Positions 60,492 to 64,000 of a DNA stretch of 64,000 nucleotides are shown here, piece by piece (positions within the stretch are counted from its first letter, which is position 1; each line of letters opens with the position of its first letter). The notes beneath the pieces were generated by a model. The model worked only from the letters and a program-made list of their open reading frames with translations, was not told the origin of the DNA and ran no database searches. Source of the DNA: Gekko japonicus (Eukaryota). Location: assembly GCF_001447785.1 (NCBI RefSeq), contig NW_015162031.1, forward strand, positions 66,075 to 130,074. Direction: 5' to 3'. Position numbers and translations under genes: made by a program.

Positions 60492-61445
60492 ATGGCGAAT
60501 GCAACGTCCATTTCAGAGTTCCTGCTCCTTGAATTCTCAGTGATACGGGAACAGCAGATCCTTCACTTCCTTCTATTCCTGGCACTGTACTTAACAACAG
60601 TCACAGGGAATCTTCTCATTATCACTGCAGTGGCTTGTGACCGCCACTTGCACACACCAATGTACTTCTTTCTCATAAACTTGGCCATACAGGACCTTGG
60701 TTCAGTGTCAGCCATTATCCCAAAATCCATGGTCAATTCACTCATGAATACTAGAGACATCTCTTATTCTGGATGTGTAGTTCAAGTTTTCTTTTTCGTG
60801 TTCTTTGTAGGATCTGATTTTTTTCTCCTCACTGTCATGGCATATGACCGGTATGTTGCCATTTGCAAACCCTTACAATACGAAATGGTGATGAACAGGC
60901 AAGCCTGTACCCAAATAGTTGCCACTGTATGGATCATTGGCCTTCTTTATGGAGCACTGCACACTAGTGGCACCTTTGCAGCTACTTTCTGCTCCAATAT
61001 TGTCAATCAGTTCTATTGTGAAATTCCACAGTTGCTCAAGATCTCCTGCTCTGACTCATATCTAACTGAAGTTGGTGCTCTTGCAGTCAGTGTAATTGTA
61101 GAGTTTGGTTGCTTTGTCTTCATCATTGTAACATATGTGCTGATCTTTTCTACAGTGCTAAGAATGCCCACTATCAAAGGAAGGCAAAAGGCCTTCTCCA
61201 CTTGCCTTCCACATCTCATTGTTTTCTCTACATTTATAGTTACTGGGTGGTTTGCTTACCTGAGGCCTCCATCTGAAACACCTTCTGATCTGGATTTGGC
61301 ATTAACTGTGATCTATACTTTTGTCCCACCCATGGTGAATCCCATTATTTATAGCATAAGGAACAAGGATGTCAAGATTGCCCTGTCAAAACTGTTTGTT
61401 CAGTTGTACTCTTCTGAGAAAATCTTACCTAGTATTTGCATCTAA
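60492..61445 (+). CDS. Olfactory receptor, OR14-like, 317 aa, intact
   Basis: MANATS, LHTPMY, MAYDRYVAIC, KAFSTC, PMVNPIIYS. Acceptor at 60458-60459. Confidence 0.96.
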   Translation: MANATSISEFLLLEFSVIREQQILHFLLFLALYLTTVTGNLLIITAVACDRHLHTPMYFFLINLAIQDLGSVSAIIPKSMVNSLMNTRDISYSGCVVQVFFFVFFVGSDFFLLTVMAYDRYVAICKPLQYEMVMNRQACTQIVATVWIIGLLYGALHTSGTFAATFCSNIVNQFYCEIPQLLKISCSDSYLTEVGALAVSVIVEFGCFVFIIVTYVLIFSTVLRMPTIKGRQKAFSTCLPHLIVFSTFIVTGWFAYLRPPSETPSDLDLALTVIYTFVPPMVNPIIYSIRNKDVKIALSKLFVQLYSSEKILPSICI

Positions 61446-62039
61446 GCCTGTATGTTGTGTATGTTACATGATTCTCATTTATATGGGGGAAAGAAGTTTC
61501 ATTTGGACCTAGAGCTAAGATAGAAACAAAATCTAGACACCAATGACCACCCTGGTATCAGGAGATTTTAGAATATTTATCCCCTATGTCTTCTTTTGGC
61601 CTAACTGTACCCTCATGATTGTTTCCCAAAGAAATCACTGGGAACCTTTGAATTTTGTAGGAAATGGGAAGGGCTACAGTAAAGGATAAGCTGAGGTAAA
61701 GGCAATACCCAAACTCAGCCTAAGATTCAGGAAGGAACCTTTCTTCACAACTCAATAGGCCTTCCCTTGGTAGCTTTCTACAAAGTCAGTAGAACCACTG
61801 ACTTCTATGACAGAAGGACACATCACGTGAAGCTGTTTAGTGCATAGAGACATATTGCCTCTCCTTTTTACTTCAGTTTCCATGTGAAGCTCAGCTTCTT
61901 ACATTTATAAGAGAGCATACCACATTTTGCACCAAATGACTAGCATTCTCCTCAATTACTGAGGTTTATAGGGAAAGAAATCAGTTAATTCAATAAATGA
62001 TTACAACATACTACTTAATTTCAGAGGTCTAAAGGTTTT

Positions 62040-62400
62040 GGGTAGCACCTTAAAGACTAACAAAATTTGTGGTAGTGTATGAGCCTTTGTGAATTTGTTA
62101 GTCTTTAACAGAGGTCATTTTGGGGGGGAACGTGGGGGAACGCAGTTCCCCCGGGTGAGGTACAGGGGGCGGGGCACACGATGAAGCCCCGCCCCCTGCT
62201 TCTGGCCGCCCCGCTTCCAGCCCTCATTCAGCCAGGAGGAGGCAGGAGAAGAGGGAGGGTAAGTTGCTTCCCCCCCGCCTCTCCCCACCCCTGCCTGCCT
62301 GGGGCCAGGGAGAGCCTTGGCGGGGCTTCCTCGCACTTCCGTACTAGATTCTTACTCTTTTCTACTGCTAAAGATTAACATGGCTACCCATCTTGATCTA
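62040..62400. mobile_element. Penelope-derived repeat interrupted by a one-ended hAT-like fragment (62109-62340)
   Basis: Flanks resemble 59320-59720. The insert begins CAGAGGTCATTTT. Confidence 0.5.
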
Positions 62401-62663
62401 AAGGTGTTGAGATTTTTGAGACTGTTGGCAGAGTTTAAATATGCAAAGAGGAGTGGAGTTCAAGCTGCTGAAAAGAATAAATAGTTTTCTTTAGGAGAGA
62501 AACAACTGTGCAAAGCAGAGAGGAGAGAGAAGGTTCTAACTATCTAACTGTGTAATGAACCAAGGAGGAAGTAGACTCAAAAAGAGAGGAAGTCTCAAAT
62601 CAGCCAATCAGGTCACAGAAGGGGATTATTAGAAAAATACCAGGAAGTCCTTAACTTCACTAT

Positions 62664-63107
62664 GGCCCCGTTAATACGAGGGGTTTTGGTCCGGGAGCGA
62701 GACAGAACGGGGGGCGGATCAAACAGGCGCGATCCCACGGCAACATCTGGGAATCGTTGCCTGTCAGTCCCCGATCTGTCTCTTCCACGCAAAAACCCGA
62801 TCTAAAAAGAACCACCTACCTGGGTGGTTCATGCGAAGTGGAGCGGCTCAAACCGGCCGTGGGATCGGCCGCGCGTCCTTGCAGCGGCACATCCCGGCCT
62901 CCGGCCAAAACTGTGCATGCTTGAGCATGCGCAGTTCGGTGGCCTCCCCCTTGCCTCTGACACTTCCTCCCCGGCATGTGATCGTGCCGGGAAGCAACGG
63001 CGCACGGTGCACGGGATCCGTGCGATCCCGCTTACGCGTATCTTTTTTGATGCGGCTCTCGTTAGCCGTGCTTCGCCTCGTGTTTTCCCTGCCGTGTGGC
63101 AGGGGCC
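62664..63107. mobile_element. CpG-rich Harbinger-like MITE
   Basis: Termini GGCCCC...GGGGCC with 3-bp TSD TAT (62661-62663 and 63108-63110). Confidence 0.7.
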
Positions 63108-63235
63108 TATGCTAGCTACCTAACCCCTCTGATACCCCCTGAAGGGGTATTATTGCTTTATGCCCACAGATGATCTTGTGAATTCTAACAGAGACAGGGG
63201 TATTTGAAGGGTCATATAGCTGAACCTGCCATGAC

Positions 63236-63432
63236 TTGGATAGCTTAGGCTAGCCAGATCTTGTCAGATCTCAGCAGCTAGCAATGTTGGCTCTGGCTAG
63301 TATTTGGGCAGGAGACCATCAAGAAATACCAAGGTCATGATGTGGAGGCAGGTAATGGCAAACCACCTTTCAACATCTCTTGCCTTGAAAACTCTATGGG
63401 GTCACCATAAGTCAGCAGTGACTTGATGGATC
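63236..63432 (+). mobile_element. 5S rRNA-derived SINE
   Basis: GTCAGATCTCAGCAGCTA...TGGCTAGTATTTGGGCAGGAGACC plus an AATGGCAAACCAC...GACTTGATGG tail. Confidence 0.7.
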
Positions 63433-64000
63433 TTTCTACCACCACAGATGGACCTGCATACATCTGAGGTAATCTGCTGAACTCCAGTTCCAGGAACCTT
63501 CTGTTACCAAGGTTAGGTAGGTGGTGATCAGAAACAGGGCTCTTTCTGTGGTGGCACACTGGTTTTGCAGTAAATTTTCTACTGATAACACTGGGGTAGA
63601 ATCCCTGGTTGTCCCAGGGATTCCACTATTTAACACCTTCTTCTGGCCAAGAAAAGGAATACCTCAGGTTTATATGAGCCAGAAAGTCCATCCAAGTGAG
63701 GCAGTGAAATAATTCACAGGAAGTAGTTTGTATGCTTGAGGCCTCACAGGGGAAAAAATACAACCAATTTCAACAAATAATACATGAAAATAAACAGAAT
63801 GCAATGCATCCTGGGCTGGTCCCAGAGGTTGAGAGTCCTGGAATAAATCATCTAAGGACTCATGCCTCTGAGTCCACCCAAGCTTTTAATACAGGAATAG
63901 GAAAATAAATTAAGCCCACACTTATATTTCCTGTATATTTCCTGTATACTGGAAATACATTCATAGATGAATTTGTTTCCAATGCTATCCATCTATCGTA

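Noticed and set aside
63236-63432. 5S rRNA gene
   Set aside because: Partial, diverged and fused to a retroposon tail, so a SINE.

Overview
This is vertebrate DNA, very likely from a squamate reptile and probably a gecko (inferred from the SINE and MITE types). The window is part of an olfactory receptor (OR) cluster of the OR14-like type. It holds four intact single-exon OR CDSs (15305-16240 -, 24644-25609 -, 35834-36799 -, 60492-61445 +) and three OR pseudogenes. The dominant feature is an ~8.8 kb Ngaro-type tyrosine-recombinase retrotransposon on the minus strand (1532-10313). It has split direct repeats A1...B1-A2-B2 and encodes gag, RT/RNaseH, a tyrosine recombinase (YR) and an extra SGNH-hydrolase ORF. 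It inserted through a shared ATT core, with no TSD, into the DRY-motif codons of an OR gene that the ORF track does not show. Its pol region is present twice, the copies are joined by a hAT-transposon end, and one copy carries a solo LTR. A diverged tandem segmental duplication (about 17270-31850 and 31900-43410) produced two OR paralogs and exposes several empty insertion sites. The rest is nested solo LTRs with clean TSDs, hAT and Harbinger MITEs, LINE fragments (CR1, L1, L2, R4), Penelope-type repeats, a probable Helitron, SINEs and two assembly gaps. I see no clearly novel multi-gene system. The best candidates are the hydrolase-bearing Ngaro element with its readable integration footprint, and a possibly undescribed SINE with a Sauria-like head and an L2-like tail. 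All family calls are from motif recognition by eye, without database searches.
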